Below, in pieces: positions 1 through 10,216 of a stretch of DNA of 64,000 bases. This stretch comes from Candidatus Poribacteria bacterium. GTDB taxonomy: Bacteria > Poribacteria > WGA-4E > PCPOR2b. The stretch spans positions 1,184,001 to 1,248,000 of the forward strand of contig OZ220744.1 in assembly GCA_965116925.1 (NCBI GenBank). The letters run 5' to 3'. Position 1 is the first letter of the stretch, and each line of letters starts with the position of its first letter. Position numbers and translations under genes: made by a program. The notes below the pieces were generated by a model that had not been told where the DNA came from, made no database searches, and saw only the letters and a list, made by a program, of their open reading frames with translations.

Positions 1-218
1 GCGAAGGAGTAGATTTCAAGACCGTGACTGGCATAGATGTCAAGCCAACGCCGACGTTCTCCTTCATTTGCCACCAACGTGTCCACATCACAGTATCGCG
101 TGACCCCGGATTCGGTTGCATCTACCTCGACCGCTTTTACCCCAAGTTCTTGACAAAATTTAAGCCCCGCTTCAAACCCAAATTTCATGATGAAAAATGT
201 GTTAATGCCGAGTTTCAT
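1..218 (-). CDS. sugar phosphate isomerase/epimerase (TIM-barrel) family, 5' part, runs off window
   Basis: Own translation from ATG at 218 after SD AAAGGAG: MKLGINTFFIMKFGFEAGLKFCQELGVKAVEVDA..., a typical AP2/xylose-isomerase-like N-terminus; not in the ORF track. Confidence 0.7.
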   Translation of the reverse strand, partial: MKLGINTFFIMKFGFEAGLKFCQELGVKAVEVDATESGVTRYCDVDTLVANEGERRRWLDIYASHGLEIYSF

Positions 219-719
219 GTGGCCCGCTCCTTTCTTGTGAAACGCATAATTTTCTGTGATTGTTCATCTCCCTAGTTTTGACTCCAATCCAAACTGTAAC
301 TGTGCCGACGAGAGGGCATAATCATTATACGCCGTCTCTAACCGATGTCAACAAGAAACGCGGTGCGGCGGAGATACGCAGACTGGAATGATGTGCGATG
401 CGTGAAACATGAGTGTAAAGATAAATCAATTCCCTGCATTTCTCACTTTTTTAGGTCAACCGTATGTGAATATTGTGTGGGACTTTGGCATACGACAATA
501 GAAATGTACTCGTAGCCACAGGTTTCCTAACCTGTGATCGGATCGGGATTAGAAACTCCGACTTCATCGAAGACAGGTTGCAGCGCAGCAGAAATCCCAC
601 CTATCCCGATTTATCGGGGATCCATCGAGGCTCGGCAGCACGACAGCAGCTAACCCCAAATGCTGATTTCTCAACACCCTAATCTCTATAACAGATGCAA
701 CTCTCCTATCACTTTTTTA

Positions 720-748
720 TTGCCCGCTGACAGATGATATGATATGAT
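720..748 (+). promoter_or_regulatory. putative sigma70 promoter
   Basis: TTGCCC-17 bp-TATGAT with extended TG, upstream of the 1132 operon. Confidence 0.5.
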
Positions 749-755
749 GCAATTA

Positions 756-1082
756 TAGGACTTACGCACTTCAGTTTGTAGTAGCGCAATTTATTGCGCG
801 TCACGACGAGTGATAAATCGCCCTACTATAAACCAAGGGCATAGCGTAACCGTTTCTGGTGTTGGCGGTGAGCGTTTAACTGCGTAACTTCTATCCTGAA
901 AATCCTTGAATCCTAAAAATCCTGATTCAGACAATTTACACCAACACCCGACCACCACCCCTGATAATGTTATTCATTATGTTTCACAGCCTGTCTCCCT
1001 GGTCTAAGAACGGACGATTTATCGAGGCATTACGTTTCACGTTTCTGGTGTTGGTTTTGAGCATTCAACTGCGTAGGTCTTA
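756..1082. mobile_element. MITE-like element family A, copy 1 (composite, two right ends)
   Basis: Left TIR TAGGACTTACGCA at 756; right ends TGCGTAACTTCTA (881-893) and TGCGTAGGTCTTA (1070-1082); AATTA on both outer flanks. Confidence 0.7.
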
Positions 1083-1131
1083 AATTATTATATCGGTATT
1101 GGACAAATACTTCAAATGGAGGGAAACGTCA

Positions 1132-2346
1132 ATGGCAAAAACAGTTGGCATCGTCGGAACATTGGACACAAAAGGTATGGAATTTCAGTTTATCAAAGAA
1201 CAAATCGAGGCGAGCGGTACTTCGACATGCGTTGTCAACACAGGAATTATAGGAGAACCACACTTTGAACCAGATGTCTCCGCCGGTGAGGTTGCAGAAG
1301 CAGCGGGCACATCACTACAAGCCCTTCAGGACGGAGGCGACCGTGGTGTGGCAGTGGCAGCGATGGCGGAAGGCGCAGCGAAGATTATCGCGCAATTGCA
1401 GCGCGATGGAAAGATCGACGGCGTAATCTCGCTCGGTGGTTCTGCTGGAACGACAATCGGGACGACAGCGATGCGCGCAGTCCCCGTTGGTGTGCCGAAA
1501 ATCATGGTTTCAACCTTAGCTTCGGGCGATACGAGCCCCTATGTAGACACCAAGGATGTTTCAATGATGTATTCCGTCGTAGACATTGCGGGTATCAATA
1601 GCCTCTCCCGACAGATCTTGGCAAATGCAGCCGGCGCAATCGTGGGTATGGTCAACGCAGAAGTGCCGGCGGCGGAAGATAAACCGTTGATCGGTGCTAC
1701 GATGTTCGGTGTAACAACGCCGTGTGTGACGAAAGCGCGTGAGCTTCTTGAAGAAGCCGGCTACGAAGTCCTTGTCTTCCACGCTACCGGTGCCGGTGGG
1801 CGAGCGATGGAAGATCTGGTCAAAGGCGGATTTATCGTCGGCGTCCTTGATGTGACAACCACAGAACTTGCCGATGAACTGGTCGGCGGAGTTTTGAGCG
1901 CGGGACCAGATCGCTTGGAAGCAGCGGGTGACCTCGGTGTGCCGCAGGTGGTCGCACCGGGCGCGTTGGATATGGTCAATTTTGGACCGCCCGACACAGT
2001 GCCAGAGCAGTTCAAAGATCGGACATTCTACCAGCACAACCCAACGGTCACACTGATGCGAACCACTGTTGAAGAAAATGCCGAATTGGGCAAAATCATG
2101 GGACAGAAGTTAAGCCAAGCCAAGGGACCCACGACAGTGATCATTCCAAAACAGGGAATCTCAGCAATTGATCAAGAAGGACAGCCATTCTACTCAGTAG
2201 AAGCGGAGGCTGCATGGATCGAAAATCTGAAGGCGAATCTTGGAGATAATGTTACGCTGATCGAGATGGATAACCACATCAATGACGATGCGTTTGCGAC
2301 AAAGTTAGTGGAAACGTTGCTGGCAAGTTTGAATGGTGACGCGTAA
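1132..2346 (+). CDS. Tm-1-like ATP-binding domain protein (UPF0261)
   Basis: GTLDTKG, GGSAGT, TMFGVTTPCV, GALDMVNFG motifs; SD GGAGGG before ATG 1132. Confidence 0.9.
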   Translation: MAKTVGIVGTLDTKGMEFQFIKEQIEASGTSTCVVNTGIIGEPHFEPDVSAGEVAEAAGTSLQALQDGGDRGVAVAAMAEGAAKIIAQLQRDGKIDGVISLGGSAGTTIGTTAMRAVPVGVPKIMVSTLASGDTSPYVDTKDVSMMYSVVDIAGINSLSRQILANAAGAIVGMVNAEVPAAEDKPLIGATMFGVTTPCVTKARELLEEAGYEVLVFHATGAGGRAMEDLVKGGFIVGVLDVTTTELADELVGGVLSAGPDRLEAAGDLGVPQVVAPGALDMVNFGPPDTVPEQFKDRTFYQHNPTVTLMRTTVEENAELGKIMGQKLSQAKGPTTVIIPKQGISAIDQEGQPFYSVEAEAAWIENLKANLGDNVTLIEMDNHINDDAFATKLVETLLASLNGDA

Positions 2347-2380
2347 TGTCAAAGTAGCTTGCGGTTGAAAGGAAACTTAC

Positions 2381-3067
2381 ATGGCACTCACACCAGTTCT
2401 GTCCGGTCAGCAAACCCAGCGGTATTGCGAAGACAATTACTTGTTGGTATCCGGGTTAATCCCGGACGCTATCGCGGAACGGGCGGAAGCAGCAATGTGG
2501 CGATGGATGGGGCTTCAACCCAATGATCCAGAGTCGTGGGAGAATGTGCAGTCCCCGGAGACCTGCGATGATCCCGATGTCCTTGCTGTCTATACGCCCC
2601 AATTCTTGACCGCCGCCGCACAACTTGGCGAAGGCGATATGGCTCCCGACGTTTATCGTCCGCCGAAGGGTGTGCGCCCGATCAATATCTTCCCACAAAC
2701 AGGTGAATGGATGCCGCCGGGATCTCATATCGACCATGCAATTAAAGAGCACGGGCACAAGACATTTCCCCCCGCCTTTCGCGTTGCAACCCTCACGTAT
2801 CTGACTGACGTAGAACCTCATGGCGGTGGCACGGTTGTCTGGCCTCGGTCTCGCCACAAAATTGAGGGGCTGGCGCGTAGCGATCCGGACCGCTATGAGT
2901 ATATGTGGGTTCTCAATCAGGAATACAACCGTGAGGAACTAGGAGATTATGTGGAGTTAACGCCCAAACGCGGCGATGTGCTCTTCTACCACGTCTTCTG
3001 TGCACACGCTGGCAGTAAAAATATTGGACGAGTACCCCGTTTTGCCCTCCCCTGCAAATGGGGGTAG
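2381..3067 (+). CDS. phytanoyl-CoA dioxygenase (PhyH) family Fe/2OG enzyme
   Basis: HID motif, GGGTVVWP, GDVLFYH..CAHAG..N..R. Confidence 0.8.
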   Translation: MALTPVLSGQQTQRYCEDNYLLVSGLIPDAIAERAEAAMWRWMGLQPNDPESWENVQSPETCDDPDVLAVYTPQFLTAAAQLGEGDMAPDVYRPPKGVRPINIFPQTGEWMPPGSHIDHAIKEHGHKTFPPAFRVATLTYLTDVEPHGGGTVVWPRSRHKIEGLARSDPDRYEYMWVLNQEYNREELGDYVELTPKRGDVLFYHVFCAHAGSKNIGRVPRFALPCKWG

Positions 3068-3100
3068 AATCAATATAGAATCAATGGAGGTTTTCATTTA

Positions 3101-3922
3101 ATGACACCTGAACAGAGATACTTGTTTGATGTTACCGGATATTTACACTTAGAAAATGTGCTTACAGGCGATACGTTGCAAGAGGCCCAAGAAGCGATTG
3201 ACCGATATATCCAAACCCCAGAGGATAAACTGCCTCCCGGATTTGAAATCAAAGGGCTCCATCAACACGGCTTCGCGTTCGATAAGTGTCTCGAAGCCTT
3301 GACCCTCCACCCAGCGACTTGGCCAATTGTCAAGGAATTGACCCTTAACAAACCCCGTTTCGCAAGAGGATCGCTCAAGCGAGAACAACACACCGATTGG
3401 AAAGAAAATGAGCGAGCCCGTACAAACCCAGGTGGGCTCCACTGCGCCCGCGATGACTACGGTTGGTATAGCACCCTTTATAAGGTCAAAGATGGACGAA
3501 TCTATTGCGATGACTTTGTCGCCTTTTTCTATTTTACCGATGTCTACCCCGGCGACGGTGGACTGATTGTAATCCCCGGATCTCATAAAAGCGAGTTTCA
3601 ACGTCCAAAGGATCTGTTGGCACTGGACGAGGCGGATGGATTCGATCCAGAACCGGATCCGGTGTTTACAAACATCACCGCACGGGCGGGCGATGTTGTG
3701 ATTATATCCGAGCTGCTTACCCACGGGGTCTTGCGATGGAAACCGACGGATCGCGATCGTCGTATACTGGTACTGCGCTACAAGCCGCAATATATGGGAA
3801 CGCACAATTTCCCGCAACCAATCGTAGACCGGTTGTCGCCGGAGACGCAGGAACTAGTCGAATCGGCACACTTCCAACATACCAAAGAAATCGTCAAACA
3901 GGACATCGTCCATCTCTCTTGA
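3101..3922 (+). CDS. PhyH family Fe/2OG enzyme (HxA variant)
   Basis: YLFDVTGYLHLENVL, GGLIVIPGSHK, AGDVVIISELLTHG; LHCA at the expected HxD site. Confidence 0.8.
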   Translation: MTPEQRYLFDVTGYLHLENVLTGDTLQEAQEAIDRYIQTPEDKLPPGFEIKGLHQHGFAFDKCLEALTLHPATWPIVKELTLNKPRFARGSLKREQHTDWKENERARTNPGGLHCARDDYGWYSTLYKVKDGRIYCDDFVAFFYFTDVYPGDGGLIVIPGSHKSEFQRPKDLLALDEADGFDPEPDPVFTNITARAGDVVIISELLTHGVLRWKPTDRDRRILVLRYKPQYMGTHNFPQPIVDRLSPETQELVESAHFQHTKEIVKQDIVHLS

Positions 3923-3937
3923 GCCGGGAGGCTCCCA

Positions 3938-4756
3938 ATGACACCGAAACAGAGGTATCTCTTTGATTTAACTGGCTATCTTCACCTGAAAAACGTCCTC
4001 AGTCCGGAAGAACTGCGAGATGCACAAGCAGCAATTGAACGATGTCGTCAGACGCCGCCAGATCAGTTGCCGCCCGGCATCAACAGGCAAGGAGAAGGTT
4101 TTTCCTACGGCTTTTCGTTTGACAAAGCGTTGGAAGCGTTGACGCTCCATCCGGTTACGTGGCCACTCATCAAAGAACTGACCCGCGGGAAACCCCGTCT
4201 TAACCGGGGGACGCTCGCCATCAATACACACGAAAAGCGTCAACTAACACCCTTCCATTGTGCACGAGAAGACTTGGGTTGGATCACCCGGCGTTATGAG
4301 GCTAAGGATGGACAGGTTTTTGCCAATGACCTGGTGGCATTCTTTTATTTCACGGATGTGTTTCCCGGAGATGGTGGCTTGGTTGTAATTCCGGGCTCTC
4401 ACAAAGCCGAATTTGAGCGTCCTGAAGGACTGTTTTTCCCAGATCTTGATGACCCAGACCCTGAGCTGCATCCCGCAATGACAAATATCACACCTCGCGC
4501 TGGCGATGTCGTGCTCATTTCAGAACTGCTCACGCATGGTGTTTTGGTGTGGAAACCGAAAGATCGGGATCGCCGCTTCCTAATCCTACGGTACAAAACC
4601 CAGTACTTTCAGGATGCGTCGGGGGACACGAATCCAGTTCCCGAAGAGGTACTCGCGAGACTGTCGCCGGAGACGCTAGAGTTGACTGAACCTGCATTTT
4701 ATACTGATGTTAAGGAGATTGCCAAACAGGACAGGGTCACACTGACAATTGACTAA
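3938..4756 (+). CDS. PhyH family Fe/2OG enzyme (HxA variant), paralog of preceding gene
   Basis: Same motifs; FHCA at the HxD site. Confidence 0.8.
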   Translation: MTPKQRYLFDLTGYLHLKNVLSPEELRDAQAAIERCRQTPPDQLPPGINRQGEGFSYGFSFDKALEALTLHPVTWPLIKELTRGKPRLNRGTLAINTHEKRQLTPFHCAREDLGWITRRYEAKDGQVFANDLVAFFYFTDVFPGDGGLVVIPGSHKAEFERPEGLFFPDLDDPDPELHPAMTNITPRAGDVVLISELLTHGVLVWKPKDRDRRFLILRYKTQYFQDASGDTNPVPEEVLARLSPETLELTEPAFYTDVKEIAKQDRVTLTID

Positions 4757-4881
4757 CAGGACAAGGACTATTTTCCATTCCAGAACCTTTGGTGTGAATT
4801 GGCGAGACTGTTTCCACATCGATCAAGTTGAAAATCCCGATTTATCGGGGAGTCCATTGGTTTATTAGTGCACTAAACGAT

Positions 4882-4908
4882 TTTCACGTTTCACGCATTA
4901 CGTTTCAC
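4882..4908. repeat. heptamer tandem repeat (TTTCACG)n
   Basis: TTTCACGTTTCACGCATTACGTTTCAC; near-identical copy at 45507-45533. Confidence 0.75.
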
Positions 4909-4963
4909 ATACGCTCTCAACGGTTGCAAACAAGTACCATTGGTTATAGAACAGGAGATTACC

Positions 4964-6196
4964 ATGAAAATCACCGACATCGAATGTATCCCAATTGTTA
5001 TGCCACTCGCGGAACGCTACAGCGATCACCACGGTCGGGTCCGTATGGGTGATATTGATGAACACCTCGTTGTCAAGGTTCACACAGATAACGGACTGAT
5101 CGGATACGGCGATTATGAAGACGATCCCAATCCAATCCCACAGTCGATTATCGACACGCTCATTGGTCGCAGCCCGTTTGACTTTCTTCATAATAATTTT
5201 AATATGGCGCTCGGTATGGCACTCTACGATGTGATGGGGAAACACCTCGGCGTGCCGGCCTATAAACTCATGGGACAAAAAGTGCGGGATGCTGTGTCTG
5301 TGGCAGCATGGACTCGACCGTGTCCGCCAGAGGTCTTTCGCGACGAAATCCAGCGTGCCGCCTCCCAAGGCTACACCATTTTCAAGATGCACTCCGGCGA
5401 ATTATGGGATGTGCTTGAGCAGACCCGTCTTGCCGCAGAGGTTGCACCACCGGGGTTTAAGATTCACTGGGACTTCAACCACAACCGGAGTTTGGCCGTC
5501 GTTCTTCCCATCATCAATGAATTGGAGAAGAACCATCCAATCGTCGGCTACATTGAAGACCCGCTGCCGTGGACGGATATTGATGGTTGGAGAAAACTAC
5601 GAGAGAAGACACGCATCCCACTCATCATGCACGTTCCCCAACTCGGTGGCATTCAGGAAGTCATCCAAGGATGCGCTGACATTTATATGATCGGCGGTGG
5701 AATCGGCACCACTCTGATGAAAGGATTTGCGTATGGGGAGGCAAACATCCAAGCACTCATCCAGCAGAGTGGGGGTACACTGATGAAAGCGTTGACGCTG
5801 CACCAAGCCGCTGTCCTTCCGAGTGCAACCGCTCATACGATAAACCTTGATGACCAATACTCAGAGGATATAACAACGGAGCGCGTTCCGGTGATTGAAG
5901 GGTTTTCCCCTGTGCCTGAAGCCCCCGGACTCGGTTTCGAGGTGGACGAAGATGCTATCGCGCGATTCGCTTCGGGGACACCGTTAACAACCGGCAGAAT
6001 CATCGGTATTCTGTCCCTGCCCGGTGGTCACAAGTTTTACACCCCTCGTTCCCTCAGTGTTGCAGGGTTGACAGGCTATGAGGAAGGTGCGATACGGGGA
6101 ATTCACTTCGAGAAATGGGAAGACGACGGTTCATCGGAATTTAATCGTATCTATGAGCGGGTGGAGCGGGAAGGTTCGTTCTTAGCAGATAAATAG
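4964..6196 (+). CDS. mandelate racemase/muconate lactonizing enzyme (enolase superfamily)
   Basis: MKITDIE, VKVHTDNGLIGYG, MALYDVMGKHLGVPAYKLMG, IEDP, PEAPGLGFEVD; SD AGGAG before ATG 4964. Confidence 0.85.
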   Translation: MKITDIECIPIVMPLAERYSDHHGRVRMGDIDEHLVVKVHTDNGLIGYGDYEDDPNPIPQSIIDTLIGRSPFDFLHNNFNMALGMALYDVMGKHLGVPAYKLMGQKVRDAVSVAAWTRPCPPEVFRDEIQRAASQGYTIFKMHSGELWDVLEQTRLAAEVAPPGFKIHWDFNHNRSLAVVLPIINELEKNHPIVGYIEDPLPWTDIDGWRKLREKTRIPLIMHVPQLGGIQEVIQGCADIYMIGGGIGTTLMKGFAYGEANIQALIQQSGGTLMKALTLHQAAVLPSATAHTINLDDQYSEDITTERVPVIEGFSPVPEAPGLGFEVDEDAIARFASGTPLTTGRIIGILSLPGGHKFYTPRSLSVAGLTGYEEGAIRGIHFEKWEDDGSSEFNRIYERVEREGSFLADK

Positions 6197-6207
6197 GAGA
6201 GAAAAAA

Positions 6208-6882
6208 ATGAAAGTTCTTATTACCGGTGCCGCCGGTGCCGTTGGTTCAACTCTTGTAAAAGGCATGAAAGATCGATACACGATTCGTGGACTTGACCGT
6301 CTGCCGATGCCCGACCTCGAAGACGCAATCGAGGGCGATGTGGCAGATTTTGACACTATGCTCAAAGCTACCGAGGGCATGGAGGCTGTCATCCACCTGA
6401 CCGGGACCGACAGTGAATGGGAAGCAGCCCTACAAAGCAATTTCATCGGCACCTACAACATGTTTGAAGCTTCACGTCTAAACGGTGTAAAACGGATAGC
6501 GTATGCTAGCCGCGCTGGCGTGTTGGGGCCCTATCCGAAAAGTATCAAGCGAACGATTGACATGCCAACCAAACCGGTCGGTCACTATACGGTTAGCAAG
6601 GTGTTCGGCGAGGCGATGGGATATTCTTACGCAAGCCGTTACGACATGGAGTTCGTTGGGGTCCGAATTGGAAATTTTAACCGTGACAGACCGCTGCCTG
6701 AACACCCCCATCACCTCGGTCATGGCGACGCAGTGCGCGTGTTTGAGCAGGCGATTATCCACCCGGATGTGAAGTTTGAAATTGTATTCGGTGTCTCAGA
6801 TAGCAACTGGCCCCTGTATGACTTAGACCATGGGCGTTTGGCAATCGGCTATTATCCGCAGGATCGCTATGAGCATAAGTAA
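6208..6882 (+). CDS. NAD-dependent epimerase/dehydrogenase (uronate dehydrogenase-like)
   Basis: ITGAAGAVG, YTVSK, VRIG motifs. Confidence 0.8.
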   Translation: MKVLITGAAGAVGSTLVKGMKDRYTIRGLDRLPMPDLEDAIEGDVADFDTMLKATEGMEAVIHLTGTDSEWEAALQSNFIGTYNMFEASRLNGVKRIAYASRAGVLGPYPKSIKRTIDMPTKPVGHYTVSKVFGEAMGYSYASRYDMEFVGVRIGNFNRDRPLPEHPHHLGHGDAVRVFEQAIIHPDVKFEIVFGVSDSNWPLYDLDHGRLAIGYYPQDRYEHK

Positions 6883-6924
6883 ATTCGTAGTATCAACTTT
6901 GTACCTGCTTTTGGGAGCGAAACA

Positions 6925-9900
6925 GTGCGTAATATTGAACCGATTCTTGGGCTAATCATTGTTTTCTCATGTGCGTGTGGTATGCTCTATGAAATAATAT
7001 GGGCACGCCAGCTAATCCTGTTTTTCGGGAGTCCGGTGTTTGCTGTGAGCGCGTTGTTGAGTGCGTTAGTGGGAGGATTGGGGCTTGGTAGCTTCTACTT
7101 TAGGCGTTTGGCAGATGGAGAAAAGCGACCATTACGCCTGTATGCCTTTCTCGGAGTAGGGCTCGGAATCTTCGCGCTCATCTTTCCGACTCTGTTAGAT
7201 ATTCTTAACGCTATCTGCGTTCTTACCTATCGCGGGCTGGGCACGGGGTTTTATCCCCTTTCGTGGATTCGGTTTGTCCTATCGTTTGTCGTCCTGTTGA
7301 TTCCATCAACGCTGATGGGAAGCGGGCTAGTCCTACTCAGTAGATCCGCTAGGGAAAGATGTGCAGGATTCAGAGCAGATCGCGTTTTCACAATCAGTAT
7401 GCTTGGTGCAAGTGTCGGTTGTGTTGCCACTGGGTTTTTCCTCATCCAGCTTCTAGGGATTCAGAGTTCAGTCTACTTGGGTGTGGCGATTAACTTGATT
7501 CTGGCGGGAGCTGCTTTCAGTTTAGATCGCTCTTGGTCTGAAACCTCTGTGGACTTGCAGCAGGGCACGAACGACGAAGCAGGAATATCCCCGCAAGCAG
7601 AAATGTGGCGACCGTTGTTATGGACATTTGCTGTCTCCGGGTTTTGCGCGATGGCTTATCCTGTCCTTTGGACGCGGATTCTGACCTCCTTTCTCGGCAA
7701 CTCAGGTTACGCCTTCTCAGTCACGCTGACCGCCCTACTGTTCGGCATTGCCATTGGCAGTTTTCTCTTTGCAGCGATAGCGCGCCGGATTCAATCGTGT
7801 GTAAACCTTTTCGGCTTGGTGCAGATTGGGATAGGACTGTCCCTTGTTGCGTTGATACCGGCTTTCGGAAACCTGTCTGGGATTAGTAGGGGACTGCAAG
7901 CTGCCTTTGGGGTTGGACGCCTTTGGGAATTTGTTGCCGGTTTTATCCTGATGATTATTCCCACTATCCTGATCGGGGCTAGTTTTCCGGTGGGCAGACA
8001 AATATGTGCTGCTGCTAAGTCACAATCAGTGGTTTACCCTGTCAGTGCAATCGGTGCACTCCTTGGATCGCTGTGTGCGGGATTTATTTTAATTCCACTG
8101 ATCGGAGTTCGTCCGAGCCTTCTCTTGACCGCCGGATTGAATGCGATGGTAGGATGTGTCCTGATTCTTCGGAATACGGAGAAGTCACAGGTTATCAGCG
8201 GTGCCGCGATTGGTGGCACCATCCTGACCGGCGGAGTTGGGTTGATGGTGTTACTATGGGGGAATTCGCCCCCCTTTTTGAAGAATGGAACTTTTTGGGC
8301 ACAACGCATAAACGATACGCTGGTCGAGCATACCGAAACTGTTGATGCAAACATTGCTACGTTTATGGATGACCAAGGTATCCATCGAATCTACGTTGAC
8401 AATGACGAAACCGCCGACACGTCTCGTCAGGGGTCTACGCCATATCGTATCATCGCTCATCTGCCGCTACTGCTGCATCCGAATCCTGAACACGGTCTTG
8501 TCCTCGGGTTTGGTATGGGAATCACCTCCCATACCATGACGCAGCACGATGTACGTGTGGACACCGTCGAAAATCCAGACGGACTCATCGAAACGGCACA
8601 GAAATACTTTGCCGACGTAAACCATAGCGTCCTCGACAGTTCCTCGTTCAATCATACACTCAATGATGAGCGAAATTATCTGTTGATGACGCCAAAACGA
8701 TACGACGTAATTTCTATAGGTGCCCGTCATCCGCTGGTGAGTTCAAGGGGAGCCAACCTTTATACCGCGGATTTCTACCGCCAGTGCAAGCGTATTCTCA
8801 CAGAAGATGGTATAATATGCCGATGGATACCGCTCAAGCAGCTGCCGGAAACACATCTCAAGATAATTGTGAGAACCTTTATGGAGGTATTTCCAAATGC
8901 AACAATATGGTATAAATACACGCCAGACTTCGCCCTCCTGATTGGTGCGCCCGAGCGGCTCAAGATAAATTATCAGCGGCTCATGGAGAGGTCGCAGATG
9001 CTGCGGGTTTACGAAGTACTTGCGACTGATGACCTTGATGGTATGTCACTTCTTGATTCATTCATGATGGGTGAGAAGGCAGTGCGAGCGTATGCCGGCG
9101 ATGGTCCAATCCATACAGACAATCACCCATATTTGGAATTTTTCCAGTCCCGTGCACTGGTAAACACAACTCATAAGAATCTTGCGGGGCTAGCGAAATA
9201 CCGTGAACGCTCCACCCCTTACTTGGCAAATTACGGCCGCACGATGGGCGATAAGATCGAGGTGCGAAAGCGAATAGATCTCTACTTTGATGCCACGCAG
9301 AAGCTGATTGAAGGACAGATTGAATATGCCAAAGGAGAGTACGAGAAAGCTGTTGGTGTGTTGAATCAGGCGATAGCCATTAATCCGGACGATTATACCA
9401 TTCGATATAATCTTGGGGCTGCGGTAGAGCTAGCAAACAAGGATTATCAAGAGGAGCTCAAACAGACTGAAAAGGTTCTCAAGCAGGCACTACAAAGTAA
9501 TCCACAGGATGTCCAAAAACAGGTCGAACTGGGCATCACCTATGAACTTCAGGGAGAATTGGCAAAATCGGCATCCGCCTTTGAAGAAGCACTGAAGTAT
9601 GATCCGAATCGCCTAGAGTTGTATTCACTGCTCGGACCGATTTATGAGCGTCAAGAACGGTACGATGACGCATTGCGCACGTACCAGAGGCTTGAAGAAT
9701 TAGATCCCAATCTCCCCGCTATCATTTTCGGTGCAATGGCATCAATTTATCATTTCCACAAGAAAATGCTCCCCGAAGCCCTTCAATACGCGCAGAAGGC
9801 GTTGGTGGTGGATGCAAATTCTTGGCGTCTGCATAACCTGTTGGGGGTTATCTATACGGATAAGAAAGAGTTTGAACGAGCGGTTGATGCTTTCAAGAGT

Positions 9901-10083
9901 GCAATGCAGCTCGCACCGAATGAACCGATGCCGCACAGCGATTTGGCAAAAGCGTACCTCGTGCAAGGCAGACATGATGAGGCGTTGGAATCGGTGGGCA
10001 CAGCAATACGTCTTGCACCGCGCGATCCATACTTTCAGGAGCAGCACCGTCAAATCCAAGCAGCAATAACAATGCAGAGGTAG
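6925..10083 (+). CDS. multi-TM (MFS-like)/spermidine synthase-like fusion protein with C-terminal TPRs
   Basis: About 12-13 hydrophobic helices with YEIIWAR/WTRIL repeats, LVLGFGMG SAM-type motif, TDNHPYLEF, several TPRs. Confidence 0.8.
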   Translation: MRNIEPILGLIIVFSCACGMLYEIIWARQLILFFGSPVFAVSALLSALVGGLGLGSFYFRRLADGEKRPLRLYAFLGVGLGIFALIFPTLLDILNAICVLTYRGLGTGFYPLSWIRFVLSFVVLLIPSTLMGSGLVLLSRSARERCAGFRADRVFTISMLGASVGCVATGFFLIQLLGIQSSVYLGVAINLILAGAAFSLDRSWSETSVDLQQGTNDEAGISPQAEMWRPLLWTFAVSGFCAMAYPVLWTRILTSFLGNSGYAFSVTLTALLFGIAIGSFLFAAIARRIQSCVNLFGLVQIGIGLSLVALIPAFGNLSGISRGLQAAFGVGRLWEFVAGFILMIIPTILIGASFPVGRQICAAAKSQSVVYPVSAIGALLGSLCAGFILIPLIGVRPSLLLTAGLNAMVGCVLILRNTEKSQVISGAAIGGTILTGGVGLMVLLWGNSPPFLKNGTFWAQRINDTLVEHTETVDANIATFMDDQGIHRIYVDNDETADTSRQGSTPYRIIAHLPLLLHPNPEHGLVLGFGMGITSHTMTQHDVRVDTVENPDGLIETAQKYFADVNHSVLDSSSFNHTLNDERNYLLMTPKRYDVISIGARHPLVSSRGANLYTADFYRQCKRILTEDGIICRWIPLKQLPETHLKIIVRTFMEVFPNATIWYKYTPDFALLIGAPERLKINYQRLMERSQMLRVYEVLATDDLDGMSLLDSFMMGEKAVRAYAGDGPIHTDNHPYLEFFQSRALVNTTHKNLAGLAKYRERSTPYLANYGRTMGDKIEVRKRIDLYFDATQKLIEGQIEYAKGEYEKAVGVLNQAIAINPDDYTIRYNLGAAVELANKDYQEELKQTEKVLKQALQSNPQDVQKQVELGITYELQGELAKSASAFEEALKYDPNRLELYSLLGPIYERQERYDDALRTYQRLEELDPNLPAIIFGAMASIYHFHKKMLPEALQYAQKALVVDANSWRLHNLLGVIYTDKKEFERAVDAFKSAMQLAPNEPMPHSDLAKAYLVQGRHDEALESVGTAIRLAPRDPYFQEQHRQIQAAITMQR

Positions 10084-10216
10084 GGGGCGTACCTTCCAAA
10101 TTGTGATAAATAACTAGACAACAAACACCAGGATAGCTTGAAGAAAAGCAAGCCATAGTGGTTAAAGAAGTAACAATACATCATTATACACATGACAAAG
10201 AGGTAATCGATAGAAA

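Noticed and set aside
24..275. + strand 83-aa ORF
   Set aside because: Shadow of the minus-strand isomerase starting at 218, which has a good SD and family-like sequence
473..682. 69-aa ORF
   Set aside because: Lies over REP-like hairpins (GTAGCCACAGGTT..AACCTGTG, CCCGATTTATCGGG); no SD or recognisable motif
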